Below, piece after piece: positions 36,726 through 50,726 of a DNA stretch of 64,000 nt. Source of the stretch: Chrysemys picta bellii (taxonomy: Eukaryota); the NCBI RefSeq assembly GCF_011386835.1, contig NC_088793.1, positions 93,310,001 to 93,374,000 of the forward strand, read 5' to 3'. The position numbers and the translations under genes are program-made. The stretch's first letter is position 1. Each line of letters opens with the position of its first letter. The notes under the pieces were generated by a model. It searched no databases. It was not told the origin of the DNA and worked only from the letters and a program-made list of their open reading frames with translations.

Positions 36726-39700
36726 AGTTTCCTTACAATACTATACCACAGAGCAAATTAAATACATGTAATTTCAGACTGTCTCTGATTTTGTTGAATT
36801 GATTATTTTAAAAAAGTTGTCCCTTATTTTAAATGAACATATCAACAGATAAGGTCAAACAGTTGCCTAATAAAATATTTAGAGGGTTTTTAGAGGGGTA
36901 TTTAAAACATGAGCCTATTTGGTTTATAAAGACATACCTACCACCATCACCCAACAAAACACCAATAGAAGTTAAATGTACATCCATTTGAATTGAAGTC
37001 CTTGCTGATGGTGCAAAGGCCTCCAGCTCCTTTCCTGTGATGTGGCTAGGTGTTCCAATAGTATGGGGGGCAGATGGCAGATCCTCCTTCCCTGGGTTGA
37101 GGACAGAAAATGGGTGTGATAGATTCTGGTGGCAGATGGAGCTGCTTCTATCTCTTCTTTCCCATTGGGATTAAGGTGCTCCCTCCTTCTTGTTTGTTTT
37201 CAATTTTACTCTCCTTTATATTGTAAAATGAGAGAGAAAAAGACAATGGTGTTAGTAAAAAAAAATGAAGAGAGTCTGGGTAGAGGGGAGAACCGATGGA
37301 TTGGATAGGATAAGCAATGACTGGACTTTATGTGGGAAGAGACTGAGGAAAAGGAAAAAAAGATTACATTTCCCTCCTCTTTCTCTGCCCCTCCACCTAA
37401 ACATGCACCAGTTCATTTCCCCCTTCCAACAGATTGATGAGGTCTGCTTTCTCCACAGTCCCCACAACAATTGATCCCCCATATGTTCCCACACCCCTCC
37501 TTTGGATTACACACAGGCACACACAGTTGGTACAAGCCCACTGTGTTTTAGCTGATTTTGTTTCTGCTGTTGCCTGTCTTCCTGTAGCTGCCACTGTCCC
37601 TTGTGGGGTCACTGAAGTGCTGTTGAACACCAACCCTTTTCAGACACAGTATTTAGTAGAGTGTTGGAGAAACCATGACTTGGAGGTGTGGAATGAAAAT
37701 ACTTAAGCTCCTAGGCTTTATAAGCTCTAGCACCTGAGGGGTCCAAGTAAGCATTACTCAACTGCCTCCAAACGCCACATTTTTTCCAGATCCCAGAGAT
37801 GCTCTTGTCTCCCCGATCCACCCTGATGCATCTGTCCCCACAGATGTCACAGAAACTTCCCCATCATGCTGGCCTTCAGACCATCCAGTGCTGGAGGGAA
37901 AAAAGCTATGAATCTACCACCCAAAAATATCCCATCACTGCTTTCCTGGGCCCCAATGCTCCAGCCTGGGCCTCCTTATTGCTCCCCTTTCTTACTCACA
38001 AAAAGAAAAGGGGCTCAGATTATTGGGGAGGGACAACAGCAGAGGAACTTTACCCACCCCCACCACCCAGCAGCAGCAGCCGCAGCAGAGGATTTTTACC
38101 CCAGTCTGATCGAGAACAGGAATTGTAGCTGAGCTGGAGGGAAGCAGCTGTTTACCAGTCATGTCTGAGTGCACAGGACTGAAGGCTCAAGCAGTGCTCC
38201 ACCCCTATGTTTGCTGTGGGAGGGGAATAACTTTCTTCTCTGAATGAGAGAAGACAGCCAATTAGAGGGAGATTTTCTCATAGACTAGGAATTTTCTCCA
38301 CAAACCCATAAGAGAGTCTGTGTCTATGTAGAAAACCCATACAGTTGGCAGGCCTGTAAAACAGTAACTATGTAAAAAAAGAAATAATACAGTCAAAAGG
38401 GCCATATCTAGACAGACAAGAATAATTTGCAAAGCCCTATGGATAGTAAGGTGACTATTAGAGCTGTGTGAAGATTTGCAGCAAAATCCCAAATGAGGTG
38501 AACACCCTGACTGCTAAAAGCTGTCCAGATTTACCAAGTGATATATTCAATACAGGACACACATTATTCTCTGGCTGTCTTTTCAGGAAGGACCTTTACC
38601 TCTCACATGTCTGCTCCTCCCCTAATTCCACAGCAGTGGGACAGGAAAGGTTTCTGTGATGGCTACTGCAACATGGTTCCCTCAGACGTTCCCGACTGCC
38701 TTGTAGTAAATCTCAGGGTGCATATTCCCTGGCTGAAGCCAAAAGAGCAAATTTCAGTTTGGTGAGACCGGAGGTGATGATGGTGGGGGGAAAAGCCAGC
38801 CAGGTTTGAGAGCGCTGTGATTTTCTTTCATGGCGTGGAGCTTTATAACATGGATTAGAGCTGGTCACTCTACTATTGGGGATAATATTCACTGTGAAGT
38901 TGGCTTTTGTTTTGGCTGGTGAATTATTTGGACTGACATGGATTTTCTGCAGATGTGTTAGTTATTCATAACTGTTCAACAAATTGATTGAATTAATCAT
39001 TTTCAGCATATGGGTTGTTTGAAAACTGCTTGCTTTGAGTGTTTGCTATTCACTCATTGGGCTGTGACTCAGGTCACATGAGAGCTATGTTGGATCACTG
39101 ATTGGATAGCCAACTTTTGAAACAGAAGGATAGTGAACAATGCACTTGTAGTATAAATTTTAAGATGAATAATGATTTGTGCTAAACTTTGGGATAGATG
39201 AACATTTTGCAAAAACCTGGTGGCTGTCCAGATAATTACAAATAGCAAAGAGCCTCACAAACCAGAGCGAATTGAACTTGGCATTTGTGCCTTTATTCAT
39301 GAATCAGTTTTCTAACTATACAGTCAACTTTGCTTATTATAAATGTGCTCTCATTTAATTTATTTGGTACTCTCAGGATTGCTTGGTCACTTGGGAAGGA
39401 ACCTGAACTTTTGAGAAGCACCTTCCCATTTGGTTTATATTTTTCCCATCTCTTTAAAATGTCAGCCTGTTTCTTTGAATCAGGCAAATTGTTATTAATT
39501 TTTTGCCTATTAATACAAAACATGCAATCCTGCATGCCATTTTATGCCCCACATCACAGAGAACCACCCACAGTGAACGAGAGGGCATTTTTAAACCATA
39601 AGGGGTACCCTATGGGCTGTATTAATGTATTTCATAAATCATTCTAATAGTATTTCAGAGCTGATATTCTGATCATTTTCTCAATTTGTATACATATTTT

Positions 39701-41504
39701 TAACGAGTGAACATAATAAAATGCTTCTCCAAAAGGAAGTGGACTCTGCCATCTGGTCAGAATTCTCCAGTGTTTGGAGAACTACCTGAGACAATCAATG
39801 GAAGTGGCTTGACTAAATCCCTTTTGTACAACTTTCTAGGTGAATAGTAGGACTCTCCTCAGGCAGACATGCGTGTGCATTAGAGCTATGTGAAACATGC
39901 CACTTTCAGTATGTCCTACAGGTGGGCACATTTCACTTGGCTATGCTACTTGGATGAACCTAAACCCTAAAGCAAAACCATATGGACTCAGAATCTTCCT
40001 CCACATAGGCTAAATTAAAAGCATCCAGGTTCTCCATTACTTTGTGTCATCTTCATTGGAGTTTGGGGGCAGTGGTCTGCTACCAGCTCATCTTCAGACA
40101 TCTTTGTGGGCAGTAAGTTGCTACCAGTCAATCAGCTCCTCCCCATTCTGGTTGATCTGCTGTTCCCACATTCCCCATCCCTTTTGAAAAGATGTCAACA
40201 ATGAAATTCTGCTTTCTTCACCAAGTCCTAAGGAAACTTGAAACCATATGAAAGGTGTTAGGCCTACCAGTAGTCTGAAGCTCTCCAAGTTTCACTGGGA
40301 GAGAACTTAAGTGAAATTTGCTTTCAGAATGAAACCCAAAATGAGGGAAGCTTTTTCTTTGCTTTCATTAGAGAAGCTTCGCACAGCTCTAGTAAGCATA
40401 TGTATGGTGAGGGAGGAATATGAATGGAGAAAGGAAGAGTTATAGTCCCCACCTGTTTTGTGTGTATCAAGCCTCCATGATTATCCATTTACAACAACTA
40501 AAATGGAAACAGCTGTCTTGGAACAATTTTAAAACTCTATCCCTTAACGACACAAATAAATAAAATCCATTTCCAATGCAAATTATTTTTGATACCAGCT
40601 AAAGGGATTTAACAAGTTAGTTATATTTGCACCAGGGATTTCAAAATTCATTTTTATTCATATGTTTTATCTTTAAAATAATTGGGAGGGAGTTTAATGC
40701 TGAAGAAAGCTTTGAGCCATGTACAGTGTGGGCATGCAGGATGCCAGCTTCTTCCACATAGCTAAGTGCATTCACCTCCATGCTGATCTGCAATCAACTT
40801 CACTTGTTACTCCATTTCTGAGACTCTTGATAAGAGACAGACTGCTAGTTGTGGGTATGTCTGAGACTCTTAGAAGGCATTGCAAAAACAATTGGTTGGA
40901 ATGCCTTGAGCTTGCAAAGCCTGTCAGTGCCTTCAGTTTGCAACAACAGCTGTCCCGGGTGTTTTAAAAATGTTGGCTATACTCACTTCTTGCCAATGTG
41001 AACAGAAAATCACAACCATTACAGCTCCCTTGGTTCAGCCAGGTTTTGTTCCTTTTCCCCCACAATGCAATGCATTGCATTTGTATTTTACCTGAAAGAT
41101 CCTATTCCTAGCAACAGCACTTAGCATTATGGAATAGGTGCTTCAGAAGACCCAGAATGTACTGGTACAATCACTGCTGTGATGCATCCCCAGTGTAAAC
41201 ATGCCCAACAGTTCTTTCAAAAACAGTGTTGCTGTATGGACACCCTACAGCAATTTCCTTTCTTAAAACCTCTTCCTACCTGTAGCCTGAGTAACTCAGC
41301 GACTCCACTGGGCAAGAAGGGCAATCAACTCTCCCCAGGCTACTGAGCAGCAGAAACTATGTTGGCCCTCTCTGAGGTGGAAGGACGGGCCAGAGGATCC
41401 ACTGTAAATTGTTCCAGATTCTTTGGCCTCATTCCCAAAAAGTTGATGGAGGTGGGATCTCTCCAGAGCCATTCCTGTAACTATTTGAAGCTAATTCTTG
41501 TCTG

Positions 41505-41900
41505 ATGTGTCTGGATGTCTCCTCATCAACTTAAAATTAAAATAGGCAAAGCTGAACTCCAATACTTCACTCTGTTACCACACTCTGTCATTGTCAACAC
41601 TGTCAGGCTCCCTGTAGACTCACATCATAAAAAATGCAGCTGCCATGATTACTTCATCAGTTGATGTGACCACACGACTCCCCCCTTTATTCACTATATC
41701 AAGTTCAAGCTTCCTGTCAATACTTTCAAGGTCCTTCACAATTTTGCCCCTAAGCACTTGTTCCACCTTAATTCTCTTTGCAGCGCTGTCACCTCATGTT
41801 CTCTGCCAATGATGCCAGCCACATGCTTCATTAAGCCATGCCTCCATAACTGTCTCCAGGCTTTCTTCAGTGCCACCCCTCCCCACCCTATGCATGGAAG
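41505..41900 (+). mobile_element. Ancient L2 fragment
   Basis: WMSPHQLK..KAEL and NAAA..DH motifs as in the L2 at 54176. Confidence 0.55.
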
Positions 41901-42119
41901 CAAGCTAATCCATCAAGTTATCAGCCACGCATATTTCAAATCCCACTCCAAGACTGATTTCTGCCATTAAAGCCTCAAAAAAAATCATCTAATAGTCTCC
42001 AGGAAAGAGGATATGTGGGGACAGTTTATCAGATAAACAATACAAAAGAATAGCTACCAAATTGTGCCAGCCATCAACCCTTCCCTTTCATTCATTCATT
42101 CTTTTTTTTTTGGTGTCTT

Positions 42120-42240
42120 TCAGAATGTAGGGTCTTCATGGCAGGGATTCTGTCATCTTATGTGTTTGGAAAGTGCCTATCATACTACAGATGTTATCAT
42201 AATATAGGAAGTAATAATAATAATTAATAATAATAATAAA
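42120..42240 (+). mobile_element. L2/MIR tail with (TAA)n
   Basis: TGTAGGGTCTTCATGGCAGGGA..TGTGTTTGGAAAGTGCC..(TAA)n. Confidence 0.55.
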
Positions 42241-43904
42241 TTATTCATGAATTAAATGAAGATCAGATGGCACGGTAAATTTGCTGCTCTGGATTACTTT
42301 ATAATCTCTGCTGATTTGTGACTTCTTCATGGCCATTCAGAATGAGATTGGGAACACTTTGGCGTCTGCTTAAAGGTGGCCTGACATCCTCAGTTCAGAG
42401 AGACACTCAAGGTCTAGTTCCCTCTGGAATGCTTCATCATTCATAGGGGTGAAAATTAAAAAGCCTTGTCCTTGTTTTGTAAAGTAATTCAAAAATAACA
42501 TGAAATATGGTTTTGTTTCGGTAGATAGTATTAAATATGATGTCCCTTAAAAGCCTACTGAGCATAAATCACTGTAATGGTACACAGTATAACAGCTTAT
42601 GTGATGGCGTGTGAGAAATGAGCAGTGATGCTGCCATCCATAACTCATAAGACAAAGTTCCATGTGGGTTATGTGACTTGAACATTATGAGTCCATTGTT
42701 TCTCATTTTCAGATTGGACATTCAGTATAACTCTTGTTCTTCTTATAATATGCAGGAATTCCACAGAAGTAGTGACAAGGGTGATGGAAGGTTTTATAGT
42801 AAGATTCGTTTATATTGTCGACTTTTATTTAATCTTTATTTGGGTGGAGGTTCTTTGCCAGATACTCATTACACCAAAATATGTTGTTAGATCCTAATCA
42901 GGAAAGTACTGTAGCTTCAACTTTTAAAACAGTTTGGTGATCAGTAGGCCTAAACTAACAGGAGAGCTTATTTTTTTTATCATTGTGTTTGAGATTACAA
43001 TCTCTGTACATTTCCTGTCCATGGAAGATTTTTTTTTTCTTTTTTTTAATTTTGGAAGCTCTACCTTTCCCTATAATTTTATTTCAGTCGAATATACGCT
43101 GGTATTTCAGTGAATTGAGACTAATGTTCATTAAACTATTTTGTTCAGCCACGGAAAGAGAAGGGGTTCAGCAGTAGCAGTCCTGGTGTGGGCAACTGGC
43201 ATGCTGCAGAGCTGTGATTATTGTCATGGTGTATAATCTCTCTTCTTCTGTCCAACTTTTGGTAAAAAAAAAAAAATCTCCTTCAAAAAAAAATCAGACA
43301 TCAATAAAAAGCAACTTTTAGAGTTCTGATGCAAATGACTCCTTTGCTGATCTGGCATTTATCTTGACACTGGAGTTTGGGACGTTAGCCCCAGGTACCC
43401 TGGATTGCATATACCATGTCCAAATATTGTTGTGGAATCAGACATGCCTTTTAGTGCAGCTGAAGCCCTGTGTTTTTGAATGTGCCTACATAGACCTCAT
43501 GTTCATCGGCTGTAACAGGGATATGAAATCCATCCTACCTTTCAAAGAGTGGAGATGATGTTGAAGTTTATTCACCCCTACAAGTCTTTCCTCTACAGTA
43601 TGAAACTTTAAATTTAAAGAGTATTGTGAGGAGTTGATTCATTCATGCAGCATGTCTTTAAGAGTGGAATTGAGATTCTACTCTCTTTGGTCATTAGTGT
43701 TCCTCTGGTGGTGCAACACTTGCGTGAACTTTCTAAACTAGATTGCAGAAAGTGTGGGATGAAGTTAGACCTGTCTGGTATGCAAGCTCTTCTGCAGTCA
43801 AGCAAGCTGTCCTTTGACTAGTTCATGACTAGAGTCAGCATACCCACCCAGATTCTTCTTCTAAATCTGAAGCTTTCTAAGAAAAGTTGCATTCTTGGTG
43901 TAAC

Positions 43905-43981
43905 TCATCCTGCCTTAGTGTGTGGGGGATGGACTGGATGACTTCTTGAGGTCCCTTCCAGCTCTACATTTCTATGATTCT
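43905..43981 (+). mobile_element. CR1 3' terminal fragment
   Basis: GGACTGGATGACTTCTTGAGGTCCCTTCCAGCTCTACATTTCTATGATTCT. Confidence 0.85.
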
Positions 43982-44409
43982 TCTAGGCTTGAGGAACAGA
44001 TTTGGATCATGTCTTCCCTTCCACTTCTTTCATTTCCAAATTGCCTGTTCAAAATCCATTAGGACTGTGTGGAAGTGACATTTTTGACTCTTTTTTTTTT
44101 TTTTTTTTTTGATGTGTGCTCCTGGGTTCTCAGACATGCAGTATTTGGTGGTAAAACCCTATATCCCAGTCATCTACACCTACCCAAGGTAGGGTAGCTA
44201 ATTTTATCTAGCTAGCTAGCCATGCTTTTATACACTCTCTGTCACTGTAGTATCTTACAATGATCATAGGGGTTGATGGGAAGGAGAGACACCTACTGAA
44301 AACATAATTATTAGCTGACCATTCTGAAGAGAGTCTTTTCTAAAAGTCCCATTGAGCTTTGTTGAAATGTGTGCTTTTGCCCTGTGCAAATTCGAGTGCT
44401 TGTGAAAGT

Positions 44410-44745
44410 GTCAGATGGTCGTCCCTGCAAAACGGAGACTTCAAAGGAGAGGTACTATATGAGCAGTGACAAACTGGCCATGCAAGCTTCCTCAAATGTC
44501 CATGCCCCTGAGTTTAAATCCTGCTCTGAAGGGGAAATGTAGTCTCTATTACAAGTAAGTCCTTGGCCTTTCTGCTGAGACTTCCAGAGAGGCAGCCAAT
44601 CTGTGCTGTTTAAAGTGATGGTTTTGTGCTGTGGACGCTTGTCTGATGGGAACTAGATTGAGATCACCAAACTCATTTCACACGGGTCACCAAGCAATCA
44701 TCAGCCAGTAGCCTTTGATCACTACTGACCTGGTCTGCATTTAAT
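44410..44745 (-). mobile_element. LF-SINE
   Basis: Reverse complement reads CCAGGTCAGTAGTGATCAAA..TGTGAAATGAGTTTGGTGATCTCA..GTCTCAGCAGAAAGGCCAAGGA..GGAAGCTTGCA, LF-SINE body motifs from recall. Confidence 0.8.
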
Positions 44746-44958
44746 ACAGTTGAAGCCTCTTTACTCCCTTTGTTTATTTTAAGCTTCACAAGTTTCAGCA
44801 CGCTTCCTTATTTTGAATATTTCTCTAATTGTTTTCAATTAACTCTAAACATTTCTCTTAATTGACTCCAAAATTTTACTCTAACTCTATGACTGACAAC
44901 AGTATGCTGCACTGACAGCAAGGCTTATTTGCTACCCCCTTCAGTGGTCATTATGCAC

Positions 44959-45078
44959 CGAATGCTCAAAAGGAGTTAGGTTCCTAATTTCTATTTAGGT
45001 TCCTAGCTTCCATTGATTTGAATGGAAGTTAGGGAAACTAAACAGAATTTAGGAGATTAACTCCTTTTGAGCATTTAG
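44959..45078. repeat. Short palindromic element
   Basis: Arms AATGCTCAAAAGGAGTTA / TAACTCCTTTTGAGCATT around TTCCATTGATTTGAATGGAA. Confidence 0.75.
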
Positions 45079-45310
45079 CCCTGTGTGTGTGTGTAAGTGT
45101 TTGTACATCTATTCAGAGACTTTTTCCCTTTTCACATCCTGGAGAATGGCAAGAGTTGCATGTAGAACATGCAAATTGAGCAAATTAATCAAGTCATTAG
45201 ATTGAAAATTGAGGGGGAGGCAGATCACTAACCAAAAACAAAATATGCAGATTTTGCACTATTAAACATTTAAGGCATCTGCCTTTTTAGTACGGTCGTT
45301 AATCTGTTAA

Positions 45311-45476
45311 TATCAGAACTGGCACTAATTGGCACCCTTTTTAGCAGTCTCAGCAGAGTTTGCATAGATCTGGACAGAGAACTCTTTCACGCTCAGAGGA
45401 GATCTCTTTTCAGGTTAGAGAGGGCTGCTGCCTCCAGGGCTATCAGTTTGATACCTTTACCAGCGCTAAACTCACT
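45311..45476 (+). mobile_element. LF-SINE 3' half
   Basis: ACTGGCACTAATTGGCACCC..GCAGTCTCAGCAGAG..CTCCAGGGCTATCA..ACCTTTACCAGCGCTAAACTCACT. Confidence 0.75.
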
Positions 45477-46362
45477 CTAAAAGATGTTAGAGCAGAAAAA
45501 GAAACCAACACACATTGTAACTGAAGTGATTCTAATAGTTTAATACAATGTCAGTTCCTTTAGGCTTCTTCCCTGAGGCAGAATTAAGTAAAATTATTGA
45601 AAGATGGATGCAGCAAGTCTACGGTATCTGATCACAGTCACGTTGGGTTCACCTATTGGATTATTCAAGCTAAATATGTTAATAAGTGCCAAAATATTAC
45701 TATTGAATCATCAAGTGCCAGATTCTGCAACCATTACATTTTAATAGTACTTTACTCCAAAAGTAGTGCCACTGATTTCAGCAGAGCAGCTTGTGGAATA
45801 AGGTGCTACTTAACATTAATAAGGGTGATAGAATCTGGCCCTAAGACTCCAAAAATGTTTTTGAATTCAGCCTCCTCCAGGAGACAATTTGTTTAAAGTT
45901 ATATAAAACCTGGCAGGGAGTCAGGTTATTCCACTGTCTTAATGTCTTACTCTGGTTTATTAGATTTGTGTATGTGTCTATCATTTTTCATTCTCCTAAT
46001 GTAATGTCATTGCTTGACAGACCACCCATCTTCATTTAATTTTGTCTGCTTGGGGAAATTGTGCCATTGGCAACAGTCTCATCTTTTTCAGTGAAGGAAT
46101 CCTACATCACAAAATTTATTTACTCTAGGCTCCAATCGGAATTGATTATACTATAGTGCAAACCATATAATGCTATAATAGAACAAACAGTTTAATAAAA
46201 AGATTATCCACTATTCTTGTTTTGGTCCTTCAGCTTTCTTTGTCATAAGTTTGCCAGCCAGCTGAATGAGATGATTTGTATGGAAATGATAAATCTAAAA
46301 CTGGATTAAAGCCCAGTTAACCTGATTCTTGGCAATTTCCTTACAATATGCATGCATAGTGT

Positions 46363-47612
46363 TGTGACAACTGGGCCTACAAGATTACCCGAATTGTGAG
46401 CTGAACTGTAAAACGTAGGTAGACATACATAATATGTTAAAATAATGTATCATAACAAATGTTGATGGGGAAAAGTATGAAAGAGAGACAGAATAACTGA
46501 ATTAGTCTGAATAAAAAGACCAGCTTAATATGATTCAAGGACTGTGTTGAAATTATGCTTGTTAAAAACAGGAGATGTGGAGCTGGAAATTAATGAGCCA
46601 AAATTGGTATGTCAGATATCAGGCCTAATTGGTGGACAAAATAACGAGGGGATAGGCTATTCCGCCCATCACTCCCTTTTGGGCTCCTTAAAAGAAAAAA
46701 AATTGTGGGGAAAGGATGAAAGAACAAAAAGAAGAGATGGAAAGAACAGATAGAGGCTACTGGAGTTAGCTTCACCACTGTGGCTGTCACTCCTATTGCT
46801 TCCTGGGACCCCTAGGGTCTTCATCATCCTGATCCTGAATGGTGTCCTGACCAGACCAATCCAGAAAGAGAAGCACCCAGATGACATCACCACATCTGCC
46901 AGCTACAGCTGAATCCCAACCACTAGCTGGGATGACAGTTTGTTATTACCATCTTTAATACCATCTTACAGACTGACAAATAAGGGGGGTTTTCCTTCTA
47001 AGATTGGACTTTAACAACAACAATCTCCAGCCCATCTCAACTAACCTCTTCTCCTTTCCCCAAAGGGGAGTTATTACTATCTTTGATACCATATAACAAA
47101 CTGTCAAACAAGGGAGGGTTTACTTCTAGAACTCTCTCCAGCTGAAGGGAAAGGGCACAAGGAATGTTGTTAAAATGAAACCCTTCCTTAAAACATTTGA
47201 AATGTAAAGTATTAACTGTTTCTCCTTCTTTTCTTTATCTTTAATTAAAAGTTAAAGGGATAGTTAATGGTGTGTTTGCCATCGGGCTAAGCAGGCTGAG
47301 GTCTCTGTATGCCAAGCCTTGGACTTTGTTTAACACTGGTGTTGGACCGTGATTGGGTTGTGTTAACACCTTTAGCCCATATATTCCATTTAAATTAATA
47401 CAACAATACCTAGCCATGCATGGAGGGTGAAAATCACCCCCTGATGACCTGTGAATGTGCCCAAACACCACTTAATCACTCACTATTTGAGGAATTAAAT
47501 GGAAGGGCCTTGGATGGGCCCTTGGGAGAAGTCTGGGTTTTATCCAAATTGCCCATTTGTATTGAATACCCCCAGACATACAGAGATACTAGGCTTTCAG
47601 TGTGCACTTTAC
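46363..47612. mobile_element. Possible LTR remnant
   Basis: TGTGACA start and TTTACA end with LTR-like composition; no TSD; boundaries tentative. Confidence 0.25.
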
Positions 47613-47681
47613 ATAAACAATGAGGGGAAACATCTTCTTGAATAACTTCCTAATATTTAATGCTGCCATTAATGTTTTAAT

Positions 47682-47880
47682 GGGGGAGGGATAGCTCAGT
47701 GGTTTGAGCATTGGCCTGCTAAACCCAGGGTTGTGAGTTCAATCCTTGAGGGGGCCGCTTGGGGATCTGGGGCAAAATCAGTACTTGGTCCTGCTAGTGA
47801 AAGCAGGGGGCTGGACTCAATGACCTTTCAAGGTCCCTTCCAGTTCTAGGAGATGGGATATCTCCATTATTATTATTATT
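47682..47880 (+). mobile_element. Tortoise Pol III SINE (tRNA-derived head)
   Basis: A box TAGCTCAGTGG, B box GAGTTCAATCC, CR1-like GGTCCCTTCCAG, (ATT)n tail. Confidence 0.95.
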
Positions 47881-48248
47881 TTGATTAGAGATGGATTAAA
47901 GGAAAAATAACTGCCCCAAATCTTCACATCAAATTCAATCTGAATCTCAAATCAACCTTTTTCAGTGTTTGAAAACTGTTGTTAACTGTCTCTTACACTT
48001 TACTTTTTATTGTCATATCTCTGCATTTTGTGGTTCTAGCTAGAATTGGAAGCAGGAATGCTTCAAAATTATTCTTGTGAGATATCCAGCTGAATGTTAT
48101 ATATTCTAAAGGCTTGGATAGTTCAGGTAAGGTTCAGATAAGCAATTAAGCATCCAAACACTTGGTTGCTTCTCCTTATGGGACGCATGAGGTTTCACTC
48201 AAAGCAGTGCTGTAGTAAGGGCATATTCATTATATTTCTACACTACTA

Positions 48249-48590
48249 TGTAATGGGGTTTACAAACCCCATAGTGAGCCCAGACAGAAGGGAGAGGAGA
48301 CATGCACCCTCAGCTGTGACTAATAAAGAAAACAACCCCAGTTATAATGGCGGGGGGGGGGGGAATAGGATGTGACTATAGAGGGAAAGAGAGTTAGAAA
48401 AGCCTGGAGTAGCAGAGGGGCAACAGCCAGGCTGCTTCTGAGAAACTGACAAGGAGACAAAAGACTACAAGCTCTGAAGTTTAAGTTAAGATGTGTTAGG
48501 CTGGTCTAATTTTAGATGAATTGAAGGGTCCAGTTAGGAAAAATCTGGGACCTCTAGAAAGACTGTACCAAGAGCAGCCGACATATCACT
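48249..48590 (+). mobile_element. Short LTR-like element
   Basis: TGTAATGGGGTTTACAAACCCC start resembles family X start; ends CATATCAC. Confidence 0.35.
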
Positions 48591-50541
48591 AATAATTTTT
48601 GTGTGTTATTTTTGCACCCCAAGACTAAAGCTTTGTGCTCGCACGCTTTAACATTGCTTCTGCCTTCTAGACTTCTTTGATACAATAATGTTTTTTTATA
48701 GCAACCTTCATGCAAAGTCTCACAGGGAATAATTTATCATCTGCCATTCATACAGTGAAGCCTGCAATAAAAAAAAAATGGGTCATTTGGTGTCATGAAG
48801 CATCTTTCTTGAATGCAAAACATTTTTGTGGGCAAGGAAAGGAAGAGTTCATTGGTTCATGGGGATCCATAATTACATTCCTTTCTTGTAGCAGTACCTT
48901 CCTCCTCAATGTAGCTCAGATCTTTAATAGCTTATTCAGATTGTTCTAGATTTTTGTGAATACGGTAAAAGAACCAGTGAATATTAGTTCAAAGCTGCAA
49001 GTATATATGCTTAGAATTGTCTCACCTTCTTATCTTCATTTTCTATTAGTATTCTAGTACACAGGCAGGCGGGTTTGCAATAACAATGGATTTTAAGCAA
49101 ATAGTGGACCATATTCATAACAACTGAATTTTTAATTCATAGATTCAAATATTCACATTGGAAACCTGAGTCTTAGAACATACTTTCATCCAAGTAGGAC
49201 AATTAAACAATGCCATGTAACATATGTGTTCAATCAAAACTAGCAACACAGCTTGAATTTTGACCATTCATAATAACCTGCTCAAGAACAATAATATCAA
49301 GAGTTAAGATTTTGTCTACATGGGAAAAATTATCTGGCATAACTAGTTTAATTATACTGCTATAGTTATATTGGTAAATTTCTCCATATAGACAGCCCTA
49401 GTTCTCATTTAAAGTCAAAGGGATTGAGGCTCTTAAGCATCTATGTAACTTTTGAAAATAGAACGTAAGTGACTAAGTCATTTAGATCTTTTTGAAAACT
49501 TTACCTATGGACTATGACTCCTATATCCTACTTGGTGTTTGCTGTAAATTTGATGACTACTGTTTCCAGTAGACAGCTAGTTAACTGCTGGTCTCTAGCA
49601 AACAAGAAAAACATCACCCACGTGAATAGATTTTTCTTTTAGCCTTCTCCCAAAATTACTAATTAAATACATCAAGCCCTGGAGCAGCCTTAGGGGTATA
49701 GTACAGTTGAAAACCATTGGCAGCTAGTTACAATTGCTTCAAGAAGAGGATTACAACACTTAAGAAAAAATAAAGAATGCTTAAACTGAAGAGGAACATA
49801 GGTATAATAGCCATGTTGGTTCATGCAGTGTTTATTTTTCTTTTCTTATTGTACTAGTGACATTTTGTATCCTTTTCCAAGAATCAAAGGTAGCTATGTA
49901 TGAGATCCATTCCACATATCAAACATATTTATTGTTAGTTCTGTAAAGGGATTACACTGTTTTGTTTTTTCAAAGATTCAATTTGATCCAGACTGTTTTG
50001 GTCTTGTAATCCACTTTCCAATATCCCCTTTTATAGGCAGTGCGTCCAAGTGTGAGTTTATAGCTTAATTCTGGCTTTGATTCCTCAGCATGCTTTGTTG
50101 TGGCTTTATAGCTTCACTTTGATAGGATAGTTTTACGTGGGTAAACTGGGTCCATTTGAATTCTCTCTGAATCTTCAATCTTTTCATTATGGAGCACCAA
50201 CTGTCTCCAATGTTCAGCTAGGCAGTTAAGTGCTGCAATAAATATTCAAAATGGATCCTTATCCCTCCTTTCTCATGCTGGTTAAATAGAGCATTCTGGA
50301 ATATTACTTATGCTTTTTCATAAAATTCTGTAAATAATGTAAATTCTGACTGTGTTATATTTTTTCTCTTCATCTGTTAAGGCAGATGAGCAAAATATTA
50401 CAGTGATGATGTGCTTAATATAATGCGTTAGGATTTTAGCCTATTTCCCTTCCACCTCTGTTGAACTTGAAGCATCCATGCATCTTTCAAAGTACATAAT
50501 TCCCTTGGAACATTCCTCTTGCTTCCTAGATTTAAATGGCA

Positions 50542-50726
50542 GGGGGGGGGGGGGAGAGGAATAACTCAGTAGTTTGAGCATTGGCCTGCTGAATTCAGGG
50601 TTGTGAGTTCAATCCTTGAGGGGGCCATTTAGAGATCTGGGGCAAAAATTGAGGATTGGTCCTGCTTTGAGCAGGGGGTTGGACTAGATGACCTCCTGAG
50701 GTCCCTTCCAACCCTGATATTCTATG
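50542..50726 (+). mobile_element. Tortoise Pol III SINE with CR1 tail
   Basis: Same head as 47682; last ~70 nt nearly identical to the CR1 end at 26750-26820. Confidence 0.95.

Noticed and set aside
38587-38761. Exon-like segment with one open frame
   Set aside because: Peptide unrecognised and no compatible partner exon identified
39293-39647. Lys-rich 80-aa ORF and opposite 105-aa ORF
   Set aside because: No recognisable motif or splice context; flanking frames are full of stops
47682-47760. Possible true tRNA gene
   Set aside because: Continues into a SINE body and CR1-type tail; it is a SINE head
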